From Kudoa neothunni (taxonomy: Eukaryota; Animalia; Cnidaria): a DNA stretch of 64,000 nt. This document shows, one piece after another, positions 40,472-51,708 of this stretch. Both the position numbers and the translations under genes were made by a program. The notes beneath the pieces are model-generated. The model worked only from the letters and a program-made list of their open reading frames with translations. It searched no databases and had not been told where the DNA came from. Position 1 is the first letter of the stretch; every line of letters starts with the position of its first letter. The stretch is from positions 9,017,245 through 9,081,244 of the forward strand of contig OZ199838.1 of NCBI GenBank assembly GCA_964304625.1. Direction: 5' to 3'.

Positions 40472-43327
40472 CAGTGGAGGGCACAAAATGCGGCCCGCGG
40501 ACGGGTTTAAAGGATGAAAAATTTCGTTAGCATTTACGTGTTTTCGAAATCTAGTAACGCCAAGACAGCATTTGTCTTACATAAATAAATAAAAAACTTT
40601 TTGATGAATATTATGGATTTTTAAAAGTTAATTTTACGCGATTTTAAACTATAATTATTTATAATAGAGGTGTATCAAAATTTATCATTTTGAAGTGGGA
40701 ATAGTTTTTTTATTCATTTACTTAATTTCCTCGAGTGAGAACTCGCTCAAACTTCCCTTGTTAATTGTAATTGTCGACTCCACGTGTTTGTAGAATTAAA
40801 CAAACATGCCCTCCCGAAAGCGTACAGTTGTTGATGAAAACCGTAATTTTAATGATGATTGGACTCACGAATATTTCTTCACCAATTCAATGAATAGAGC
40901 GATGTGCTTGCTTTGTCTCGAATCGGTCGCCGTATTAAAGGGATATAACTTGAAATAGCATCACAAAACGAAATCTCTAATCCAAGAAAACGAATCTGGA
41001 GCAAGTTTTATGATATCATATAACATTGCTCGGCGAAACAAACCATTTTTAGAAGGCGAATTTGTGAAAGGGTGTTTAATGAATTGTGCTAGCGTTGTTT
41101 GTCCGGAATTGAAAAAAAAGTTTGAAAATATTCTATTATCAAGAAGGATAGTTGTGCGTCGTATAGAAATGATAAGTGAAAATTTAAGCCAACAGTTAAA
41201 AGATTAAGCAAAGATTTTGTGTGTTATTCATTGGCTTTAGATGAAAGCACAGATATTAGAGACACCGCACAATTGCTTATTTTTGTACTCGGAGTAGACC
41301 CTAATTTTTGTATCACTGAAAAATTACTTTCTATGGAACCGATGAGAAGTACAACAACTGGGCAAGATTTGTTTGAATGTGTGGTTAAAGCAGTTGAAAA
41401 CAATGAATTACCTCGGAGTAAATTAACAAGTGTAACAACTGATAGCTCTCACTCTTTATTGGGAAAGAATTTGGGAATGATTAGACTTTTGAATGAAAAT
41501 CTTAAAAAAAGTGATTCTGAACCATGCTTTTCTGTCATTTCCCGGTATTTTGCATCAAGAAAGTTTGTGTAAATCTGCATTAAGTTTAAGCCACATTGTA
41601 ACTCCAGTTGTGAACACAATAAATATAACTCGTTCAAGAGCTCTGAATCACCGTTAGTTCAGATCGTTGTTAAATGATCTTGATTCTGAGTATGGACATG
41701 TTATCTACCATAACAATGTACGATGATTGAGTTTAGGAAAAGTTTTGAAAAGATTTGATTATCTGGGAGACGAAATTAAGGCTTTTCTTAAAATGAAAGA
41801 TTTTAATAGTGAGTTTATCCATAATATAAACTGTGATGAATGGAGGTTTGAGCTTATGTTCGCAGTTGACTTCTTTGAAATCTCAATAAATTAAACCTAA
41901 AGTCGCAAGGTAAACAATTCATGGTTTATGAAATGTTCAACCACATTAAATCTTTTGAAGCGGAACTATCTCTTTTTATAAACCAAATAAATGAAGGGAA
42001 ATTTACTCACTTTCCATTGCTTGCAGAAGAAAAAATGCCTCCAACTATTGGTTTTAAAATAAAAAGCCATCTAAAATCTTTATTAGATGAGTTGAATAGA
42101 AGATTTAAAACTTTCGACAGGTTGAACCAAAATTTCAAATAATCACATCGTTATTCTCTATTGATGCCAACACGACTGTCGACTAGCTTCAGCTTGAACT
42201 GATAGATGTTCAGTTTGATAGTTTATTAAAAGAATTGTTTGTTGTTGTTCCATTAGTATAATTTTACAATTAGTTACCTGTTAAGAGTTTTCCATGCCTT
42301 AGAAATTTCGTTACAGGAATATTTTCTATGTTTGGGTCAATCTATATTTGTATTTGTGAGCAAAGTTTCTCCTGTATGAAAATTAATAAAAACAAGAATA
42401 GGTCTTTGCTGTCAAACAAAAATCTAGAGGCCGTATTCAGGATATCTTGAAGCAACCTAAAACCGAACCTTAAGCTATTAGTTCATGAAAATATTTAATG
42501 ATTTTTTTCCTTTTAATTTTCGTTTTATCAAGCGTCCCAAGTGCAACACTAATCACTTCAGAGTTGAAGTCTTACGATAAATATAATTTTTATTAATTGA
42601 TATAATTAGAGGAAATTGAAATAAATAATAAAAAGTAGGGAATAATAAGTTATGTTAACTCTTCCTGGTGGAATTATTATTATAAAAAATATATTTACAA
42701 AACCTTAAAAGATGAATGTTACATCGATACTTACCAAAAATTAAGATTTTTTTTAATTTCATGTAATTTTAATCATAATTTGGGATTGTAATATTCCCTA
42801 ATAAATTTTTATAAAATTATTTCTGTAATTTGATTATATTTGTCACGAAAAATTTAATGTAATCTGAAATATTATAAATCTAATTAATTTTTATTAGTTT
42901 AATTATATTCAAATGTATAATTTAGGTCTCGTTTTAAAGTACATGTTATATTGAATTTGATGCTTAAAATAATTATAAATAATTGTATCAGTGTCATTTT
43001 TTAAATATTTCATGTGTAGTTAATGAGTAACATTAACTTTTCATAACTTTAGTTATAATTAAAATTTATTAAGTATAAAACCTATTATTTCGATTGGAAC
43101 TTGCAATAGTATGTCGATCACAAAACTTTTATATTTATATTTATAAAAATTATTTAATTCTTTTTTTAAACTAATCTGTAGACCAACTTGTTTATTGTAC
43201 CAAAAATGTTAGAAAAGCCACCAATAGGTATTTAAGTTATCAGAAAACACTTAATCAACAGTTTGGCCCCTAAGCATCTGTAATGAGCCAATGTGGCCCG
43301 CAGATCCAATAGTTGGGCCCACCACTG
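40472..43327 (+). mobile_element. Decayed Buster/SPIN-type hAT element (GTF2IRD2-like transposase pseudogene ~40806-42500)
   Basis: TIRs CAGTGGAGGGCACAA / TTGGGCCCACCACTG. Motifs RNFNDDWTHEYFF..CLLC, KPFLEGEFVK, SLALDESTDIRDTAQLLIFV, ILHQESLC, VR*LSLGKVL and MFGS..ICEQSFS. Multiple stops. TSD not preserved. Confidence 0.9.
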
Positions 43328-44479
43328 CAAAGTCTACATTAGTTAATCGATTTTCCGCACTTTGGGAAATCTTACAATAAACGTTTTAGAAAGTTTATAA
43401 GTTTCAATGAATCATTATAACTCCCTTTTGTTATAATATTTGAGAAATATTAAAGCAGTAAAACACTATTTTCTTAGTTTTTTGACGAAAAAAGAATTAA
43501 CCGACTTTTCGCACATTTTCCAACATTTAATCCTATTTTTGCTCCTGGGAGCATGCGACAAAATATAATGTTCCCTTAGTTGGATGGCAAATTCGTATAA
43601 TGTATACATATTCTTTATCTCGTTCTCCTTAAAACGGGTTTTTATCAATCATATTTTGTTATCTTTGATAAACGTACATATTACGTTACGATAATTATAA
43701 CTTCCACTTGGATACAAATCCCATTTATGAACATTTACTGGTCGCTTTATCATGTTATTTCCTGTATTTTCTGGAGGTATTCTACGTCAAGAGAAATACG
43801 AGAATCATAATACAATAAGTAACGAATTTTCCGCACTTTTTGAAAACCTATTTAGTTAGAATATTGATTGGTCATTGTTTATAGAATGTTTCTTATAATA
43901 TTTCAATCAAAATTTTTATAAAAGTTATTTAATAAAAAGCTGTGAAATAATGTAACTAAAAGTCACGTGATTGAGAAATTTCACACACTTTTTTCGGATA
44001 CTTCGTGTTTATTGTTTAGTTAAGCCAATATTTAATGCCAACAAACTCCTAAAACTATACCTATTGCCGAGAAGTACGATATTACTTATTATTGTGAATG
44101 TCTCTATTGTAAACGCAAGAGAGAGACACCACAAAGCAACAATAACAACAATAATGATAATAATCGCGCCCCCTAGCTAATGGTTTGTTAATCTCCTGTA
44201 TTAATCTACCAACATAACAGTCTCCAATCTAATGACCCAAAAATTGTCACTGTATCACGTTTTAAAATATCTATTATTTCGACTCCTAATGGCATCCTAG
44301 AGATGAAAAATAAAATAATCAAAACCTATATATGCTGTTAGAATCTAAAAATAGAAATTATTTGTATGTGGGAAAATTTAATTCTGTTGATGAAGATGTA
44401 TAAGAGTGGATTGGGTGGCCACGAAACAAAAAGATTGTAGTAAGCGTTGTCACATTAATCTTCAAGAAGAAACAATTAG

Positions 44480-44700
44480 CCAAAGGTAAAGGTTTACGTT
44501 CATGTGCAATTCGTTGAGGGTTTCGTTGTTTTAAAAAATGTCCAACATTAAAAAATCAAATTTTATTAGCTAATTTGTTGATGCTACATCCGAAACCATT
44601 TCAGAGCAGACCAATTAAATCAGAACATTTTCTAAAAGATACCCTGAAAATTTTATTTACAGCGTAGACGAAATTGCCTTATTCTATCGATAGCAACAAG
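44480..44700 (+). pseudogene. pogo/Tigger transposase fragment
   Basis: YPENFIYSVDEIALFYR resembles Y.PEDIFNADETGLFYR. Confidence 0.55.
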
Positions 44701-45149
44701 GGGAGTATTTCATAGATCGTTGAAAAATGTCCTTGTGCTGTTGACACATTTCTCAAGTTTTAATTATTTTTTAAAAATTAATATACAGCTAACTGGCCTT
44801 TTTAAACGTAACTAAAGCAATATTGAATGTCAATTTTTTTTCTGAAATACTCGCGCACGCAAGTGTGTGAAATTAGACGCGACCAATTTGACGCATTTTT
44901 TTCTTGGTCCGGAGAAAAATTACGTGAATTATTATATTTCTTACTGTAATATAATAATTCTAATTATAATAGATGTAGTCATAATAATAATAAAGTGTAA
45001 ACGTATTGACGAGAATTCTTTTTTGCTTAGAGTACATGTCGTACATCCTATAATTTAGATTGGTTCGTAAGGGCCAGTTATTATACTGTAAACTGAATGT
45101 AATATACTATTTAATAATATAGTTTAAATAAAATGAGGGTGGAATAATA

Positions 45150-45220
45150 TTGTTGTATAAATTTGTAGGACCCAACTAAATTTTTCCCCTGTGGCGCGGG
45201 CATAAAAAAGTGCGAAAAAT
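45150..45220. repeat. Dispersed ~70-bp TE-end repeat; inverted copy at ~50093-50165
   Basis: TTGTATAAATTTGTAGGACCCAACTAAATTTTTCCCCTG..GCATAAAAAAGTGCGAAAAATC matches the reverse complement at 50093-50165. Core AAAGTGCG(A/G)AAAA also occurs near 49207, 43355 and 43830. Confidence 0.7.
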
Positions 45221-45436
45221 CTGTTACTCCCTGTAGTAATTCTTGGAGCACTCGGAAGATTAACCAAAACTATACACCGATTTGCTTCACTACGATCCCG
45301 CTCTCAATATTTACGAAGGCTACCGAATTTTAAACCAAACGCAAGGGCCTTCGATATTGGGACGATAAAACCGATAACTTTCGGCGTCTGATTCAAAAAC
45401 AATTGAATATATTTTCGAATAGTCAAATATCATAAA

Positions 45437-46492
45437 ATGGGGTCCGAATTTATTTCAGGTTATATAGGAGGTAGATGTTGAAATGTTCTCAATGCACCAG
45501 TTGATATTGTTCAATTGAATCGCATTTTTAGTTTGATTCGTTCATTAATTAATATTATATTTGACAAGGTTTGACTGCAGTAGTGGTAGGGCACCCGTTT
45601 GATACTGTAAAAGTGTATATGCAGACTAAAAAGTCTAAGTTAGGTGCATATGGGACGCTGAGGGCGATCATTAGACAGGAGGGGGTAGTTTTTCACTTTA
45701 AACGAGTCCAAATAATCGACACGAGTGAATGAGTAAATTTAGGTCCGAGGACTATTCAAAGGGATGTCATCTCCACTTTTCGGGACTGCATTTTTGTGTA
45801 GTATTTTGTTTGGTGTCAATGGAGTTTGTACGAAAACCCTTCCTGAAGATGTACGCACCATTGTACAGGGACAATTTATTGCTGGAAGTGTGGCAGGATT
45901 TTCACAGAGTTTAGTAACCTGTCCAGTGGAGTTGGTTAAAATTCGAATGCAAATCAAAAATATTGGCATCGCCACCAAAACAACTCTCACCAAACAAACA
46001 CTTCAAATACTTAACGAGAAAGGTGGCTCTAGGACTCTCTTCAAAGGTATGGCTGCTACACTTTTACGTGATGTTCCTGGGTTTGGTTTGTGTTTTGCAA
46101 TCAATCAATTCATTTTAAATATATACAAACAATCGGGAATAGGTAATATTATGCCGTATTGTTATTCATAAAATAATTAAACAATAGAAAGAAGCTTTTT
46201 TAATGATATGTTCTTTTCATTTGTGGCTGGCGGTACAGCTGGGGTTATCTCGTGGATTCCGAGCTACCCATTTGACGTGGTTAAAACTCGAATTCAAAGC
46301 ACCACCGATCCATCTATTAATACCAGATTCATACCATATGCACGAAATTTGATTAAAGGTGAGGGTTTCGCTGTATTAAAAAAAGGTTTGATGATACAGC
46401 TTGTACGAGCATTTCCAGTGGATGCAGTTATGTTTTGTGTTGCTGCGATGACAGCTCGTGCTCTTGGTTGCACTTCTCCGTTCTTATTATAA
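45437..46492 (+). CDS. Mitochondrial carrier, SLC25A29/A45/A48-like, copy 2; exons 45437-45470, 45569-45684, 45743-46142, 46188-46492
   Basis: Paralogue of 32959-34031 with the same three intron positions. Motifs GHPFDTVKV, CPVELVKIRMQ, RDVPGFG, YPFDVVKTRIQ and RAFPVDA. Confidence 0.93.
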
Positions 46493-46886
46493 GTCTCTAC
46501 TTAAAATATAAACCAATTGTTATTTTTTATTCTCAATCTATTTTGTTTTTTTCGGCACATTTATTTTATAAGTTCAATTAATGTTTGCACACGCCATTGC
46601 TAGTTGACCTTCATTTAATAGTAGAGTATAGTTAGTGGTCGTTGTTTCATTTGGCGCGTTTTTATATTATATAAATATATTTTTATTTGATAATGAAATA
46701 AAGTAAAATTTTAAAGAAAAACTTATTCAACAATTATTTAAGATAGTTTTCCGCATCTTTTAATGAGTTTAAAAAGGAATTGAAACATTGCGGAGTCAAG
46801 CATATTAAAAGACAAATTAATAAAATCAATAATTTTACAATGAATCTAACTCTACAAATTATATATCGAACGCACTGCAATAATTA

Positions 46887-47991
46887 TCAATTTTTCTTGA
46901 CAGTTTGGAATAGATTGGATAATGTCTCATCTCTACATCGAAAACTGATTTAAATAGTTGTAATCTAAGAGGTTCACCTTATTTCATCTAACAAAAGGTC
47001 TGATTTTGGTGTGGGTGTAGCAAAGTTTCTAATCTTGGAATGTACACGATAACTAAAAATTATAAGTAACCACTACACCAAAATTTATATCTACTCAATA
47101 AGACGATCTTTATGCGATCTTAGATCTTGTCCCGAAAGAAGAGAGTCTTTGTTTGAATTTTTGTTATTTTTAGTGTTATTGGATCTGCTCTAAGGGGAAT
47201 AAAAATAAATAAACTCATCTCAAACGTTCTAATGCTACAAGAATGTCTCCTGAAATATTTTGAAAAAAGTCGTGATCATCAAAAATTTTTTCCAAATCCT
47301 CGTCGAAAAATGATGACTCTACCTAAATATACACAAAAAATCATAATTGTGAGTTCATCCTAACTTGACAAAACTACATTTTTTGGGGTCAATGGATTTT
47401 TAATTATGCGTGAGTGGCCAACAAAGTCATCAATTTTGCTCATATCATTTTCCATTTGGTTTATTGTATTCAGTTTAAATCCAACAAACAACTATCACCA
47501 AACACATTACAATGCGTTATGATTGGCCAATCAAGTTACGTCACCAGGATTATTGTTTGAATGTTTGTTCAATAATTCCATAAGGTCGGTAAAATAATCT
47601 AAGTGATTTCGAATTGATTGTTGATGGATAGTTTCAAGTTGATTGTCCAAATTCTAAAATATGAATTAAATAAACATATAACAATCTTTCGTGGTTAATA
47701 TTCATATTCGACCATCGAATTACATTTATATCGAACTCCAAATGGTTCGAATTAATTTTATTCAAGCTTAACCACAATTCTTGTTGTAAAGTGACCAACC
47801 GATCGGTCATATCGCATCGGGGGAGTTGATTGCATAAACTTTGAATGTTTTGTAAGGATTCCCAACATTTCAACGATTTTAACCACAAATCTTTATCACA
47901 TAGCTTATAATTAAAATATAAATTTATTTTATCTACGATTTGAGGCTTTATGGGGTTTATTTTCGAGAATTATCCTCTCCCCGAACTCCAT
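46887..47991 (-). CDS. AATF: Reduced AATF/Che-1/Bfr2 (TRAUB domain) ribosome-biogenesis factor, ~8 exons, roughly 250 aa
   Basis: DLWLKSLKCWESLQ..CNQLPRCD resembles LWD.LLE.RI.LQ..NQLP. KIFDDHDFFQ resembles EIFDDDDFYH. DLRSHKDRLIDYRVHSKIRNFATP resembles DRKASKGRKLRFHV.SKL.SFMAP. RDETLSNLF closes the TRAUB region. The first exon needs a 1-nt correction, so the start is uncertain. Confidence 0.8.
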
Positions 47992-48179
47992 ACTACCACC
48001 AAGCATGCGCATTGAAATATAAATTAGCACTTAGATTTTTGTTTGACATCGAATTGCTCAATATAATTTTTTTTAAACTATTCAAAGTAATTAAATGCAG
48101 ATTGAAAATATTTTTACGAATAATAGAAATCGTTTATTATCCGAGTAAGAACGAATTCAAGAAGTGCAACAGCCCTAGT
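47992..48179. promoter_or_regulatory. Putative bidirectional promoter between AATF and PLAA
   Basis: Divergent start codons only 188 nt apart (depends on the inferred AATF start). Confidence 0.55.
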
Positions 48180-51100
48180 ATGTACAAACTCAAGTGTAAA
48201 ATTTTTGCTCACGATAGTGATGTGAGAACAATGAGTGTAATCGATTCCAATAAGATTGTAACTGGATCGCGCGACTCATCCTGTAAAGTGTTTCAACGTA
48301 TAGATGACTCGAGCGAATTTGACCCAATACACTCGGTGACAACCGATCGAAAATACGTCAACAGCTGCAAAAACTTTGTGTCTGAAGGGAAAAATTTTTA
48401 CATTTTTGGCACCGGCCTTAATGTGCTCTACGTGTACAATGAAAATTTTGAATTGTTATACTCACTTGAAGGTCATTCTCAAAATGTATCATGTATTGAC
48501 TATTGCTATCGAAAATGTCATCTTGCAAGCGGTTCTTGGGATTGTCGTATCAATATTTGGGATATGAATTTGGCAGGGAAACTGATTAATACATTGCAAG
48601 GTCACGAACAAGCTGTCTGGTGTGTTAAATATGTTCCTGGTTTTAATTTGTTATTGTCCGGTTCTGCGGACAAAACTATTCGTCTTTGGAAAAATTATAA
48701 CCATGTAAAAACTTTCATCGGCCACAAACATGCTGTCAGAGATATTGCCGTTTTGGATGATAAACGTACGTTTCTCTCATGCGGTAACGATATGATGATT
48801 ATCAAATGGGATATTATTGGCGGAACTTCTCTTCAAATCCTCGGTCACCATACCAGCTTTATATACTCACTTGCGTTGATTGGTGACAGTGGTTTCGTGT
48901 CCGCTGGTGAAGATGGCGAATTAATTGTTTGGGACGACATGAAAAAACTACAAGTATTTATATTTTTTAAATTTATGTATTAAGCATTTATTAATAACTG
49001 TTTAATGTTCGGCGAATAAAAATAAGGTTGGTCGTTTATGCTATTTTAAGAAAATAAAAAATGGCGCGAAATCGATCGCTTGCCCAAATTATTTTCGGTA
49101 TGCGTATGTTGTAATAATTCTTGTTGAATTAATCTTCATTGCTTTTGAAATTTTTTAAAAAATACAGTAGGTGACCGATAATACGTAATCCCCTCAGGAC
49201 CATAAAAAAGTGCGAAAAAATGGTCTCGACCAGAGCGTCAAAACCTTAGGATTTTTCTACTAACCTTGGTTTCTTGGGGGGGGGGGGTTCGTTTATTTAC
49301 AAAACCTGTAGATTATTGAATTCTTTGAGATCAGTTTATAAATAATAAATGTTAGAATTAGCTAAAATAATCATATTTATTCTTTTAGTAATGGAGAGAA
49401 TTAAAATTATTCAAAATTTTAAGAAGATATCACGATCGTCGGCAACGCGCTATTTTCTGACTCCTGGATAATTGTTATTTAATCAATTGTTCTTATTATT
49501 CTGTGATTGCGTTTGGGTATTTCAACTGTCTTAAAATTTTATAGTTTTTTTAATAACATATTTTAAAATTATTGACGTATATTATTTTAAAGTATGCGTG
49601 AAATTTCAAACGGAGCTAAAAAAGAGCGTGGACCAATATGTGCTCCAATCAAGGTTAGTTAAAAGTAGATTTTAATTATCGGCTCGATCAAAACGCTAAG
49701 GACGGAAATTCCAGCTACTGCAAATGTTGGACACATTTTTCCATTAATGAGCACAATAAAAACTAAATAAACCCACTCATTAAAGGTTAAAACTGTAAAA
49801 TTTAAACTTATCGCGAAACAGTTGTTCAGAAAAATAATAATACGTGTTTGATGCCGCAGCCAACAAATATACTAATACATGATGTGAGTAGCGGTGTTGT
49901 GAGCAAACGATACCTTGAGCGCTTGAAAAATAGATCAAGCTTTTTAACTGAGGGTTGTGAAGATGATTCAATTGACGACAGTAATTAGAAAAAGTGGTTA
50001 AAATAAAATTTCTTGTTATTTTAATAATATTATTGTTTTCCTGGCGACCTTGGGTTTTTTCCGATAGTCTCATTGGACGCTTTGGCTTCCACTGATTTTT
50101 CGCACTTTTATGCATGCGTAGCAGGGTAAAAATAAAGATTGGCCCTACAAACATATACAATTATATTAAGGTAGTCTAGGAGCAGATGGCTCCAAAAATT
50201 AGCCATGTTACGCACGTTCTGCATTCCCGATTTTAATCTAATTCAATTTAATACATTTTTTAAATATTGAGTAATAACGAACCAATTCCAAAAAAGCTCA
50301 ATTAAAGAATCTCAATTTTCGCGGGTCGGGGGACATCGACGATGCTATAATCATATTATTGTGTTTGGCTCAACCGCCTTGAATAATATTAATCCTGATT
50401 TGGCTACTAGCACTCGATTCGATGATTTGGTAAACACCGGTTACTAACTTAATTCTGATTCCAACTGATAAGTGTTTGTGAAACATTGTTTTATCATAAT
50501 GGTAAGAATATTCATCCTTATTTAAATGAGAATAAAACGATAACATCTCGAATCAATTTGTAACTTTCACGTTAATAGTAATTTCGTTTAAACGATTTAT
50601 ATGAAATTTAGTATATAGAATCATCTCCAGGTTTTTTAATATATAAATTTTTCGAGGGAAAACATTCACGCTGAACGCAATTTTTGGGGGTTTAGAATGA
50701 ATATATATCTATCTTGCAGCGTTGAATTCTTTCTATCATGCTCATTTTTACACGTACAGGTATATAAATTTAATAAAAGAGTAAATTTTCTTATGTCACT
50801 TTGTATAAACAGAAATTTATTTTAATCATCGAGTATACTATTGTTATTGATCACTCACTGAGGAATCCACTAATAAACAATAACTTACATGCAACCTAAA
50901 CGATTTTTAAAAGACAATTAAAAGCATTCTATAAAATAGCATGATTCATAAAATTACGTTTAATTTTTTTAAATTATATAATTGAATTCCTAATTAAAGC
51001 GAAGAAGTATAAATGAAAAGGTTGTAGGGATTAAGACTATTGAAAAAATTGTATGTGATAATTTTAATGATTATATATGAGATTATTTATCAATTATTAA

Positions 51101-51674
51101 TAGGAATAAAATTGTTTTAAGTCGAAGTTAAATAACATTAATCATAATTATTTAGTATGAATGGATCTATACGAATCTTTTATGGTAAAAGGCGAGGTTT
51201 AAATCATTTTTAGATTAAACCCGATTCATGATTCGGTATATAAAGTTATATATTTAATTTAAATTGGTAAATAGAATATGATATTATTACCTTAATTTAA
51301 CTAACTTTCGTTTAATTTTATAGTAAATCTATAGCCTTACTTTAACAATTTTATTATTATAAATTTGGCAAAACGTAAAATATAATCTGATCTGTTTGAA
51401 TTTAATATTGTTATTATTTAGAGATAATTAAATTTTACTTTATAATATTTTTTCATCCTAAAAAACTATACTACATTGAGAAAAAAAATATAGCTCATTT
51501 GAACGGTTTTAAGCAAATTAAATACTTATATCCTCTTTTTTGGTGCATTACCATTTTATTAATTAAATTTATATGGAAAAAATACGATTGAATGTATATA
51601 AATTTATGAATATATTCGCCTGACGAGAAATCTATTAATACATCCTGTAGAATACGTTAATCATTCTGAGATAT

Positions 51675-51708
<34 letters not shown>

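Noticed and set aside
47940-48179. 80-aa N-terminal extension of PLAA in the ORF track
   Set aside because: It starts at TTG and overlaps the AATF start and promoter. Homology begins at ATG 48180.
45150-50165. Inverted repeats as ends of a 5-kb gene-capturing element
   Set aside because: It would hold only exon 1 of an intact PLAA. No TSD is seen and the motif recurs elsewhere, so independent insertions are simpler.
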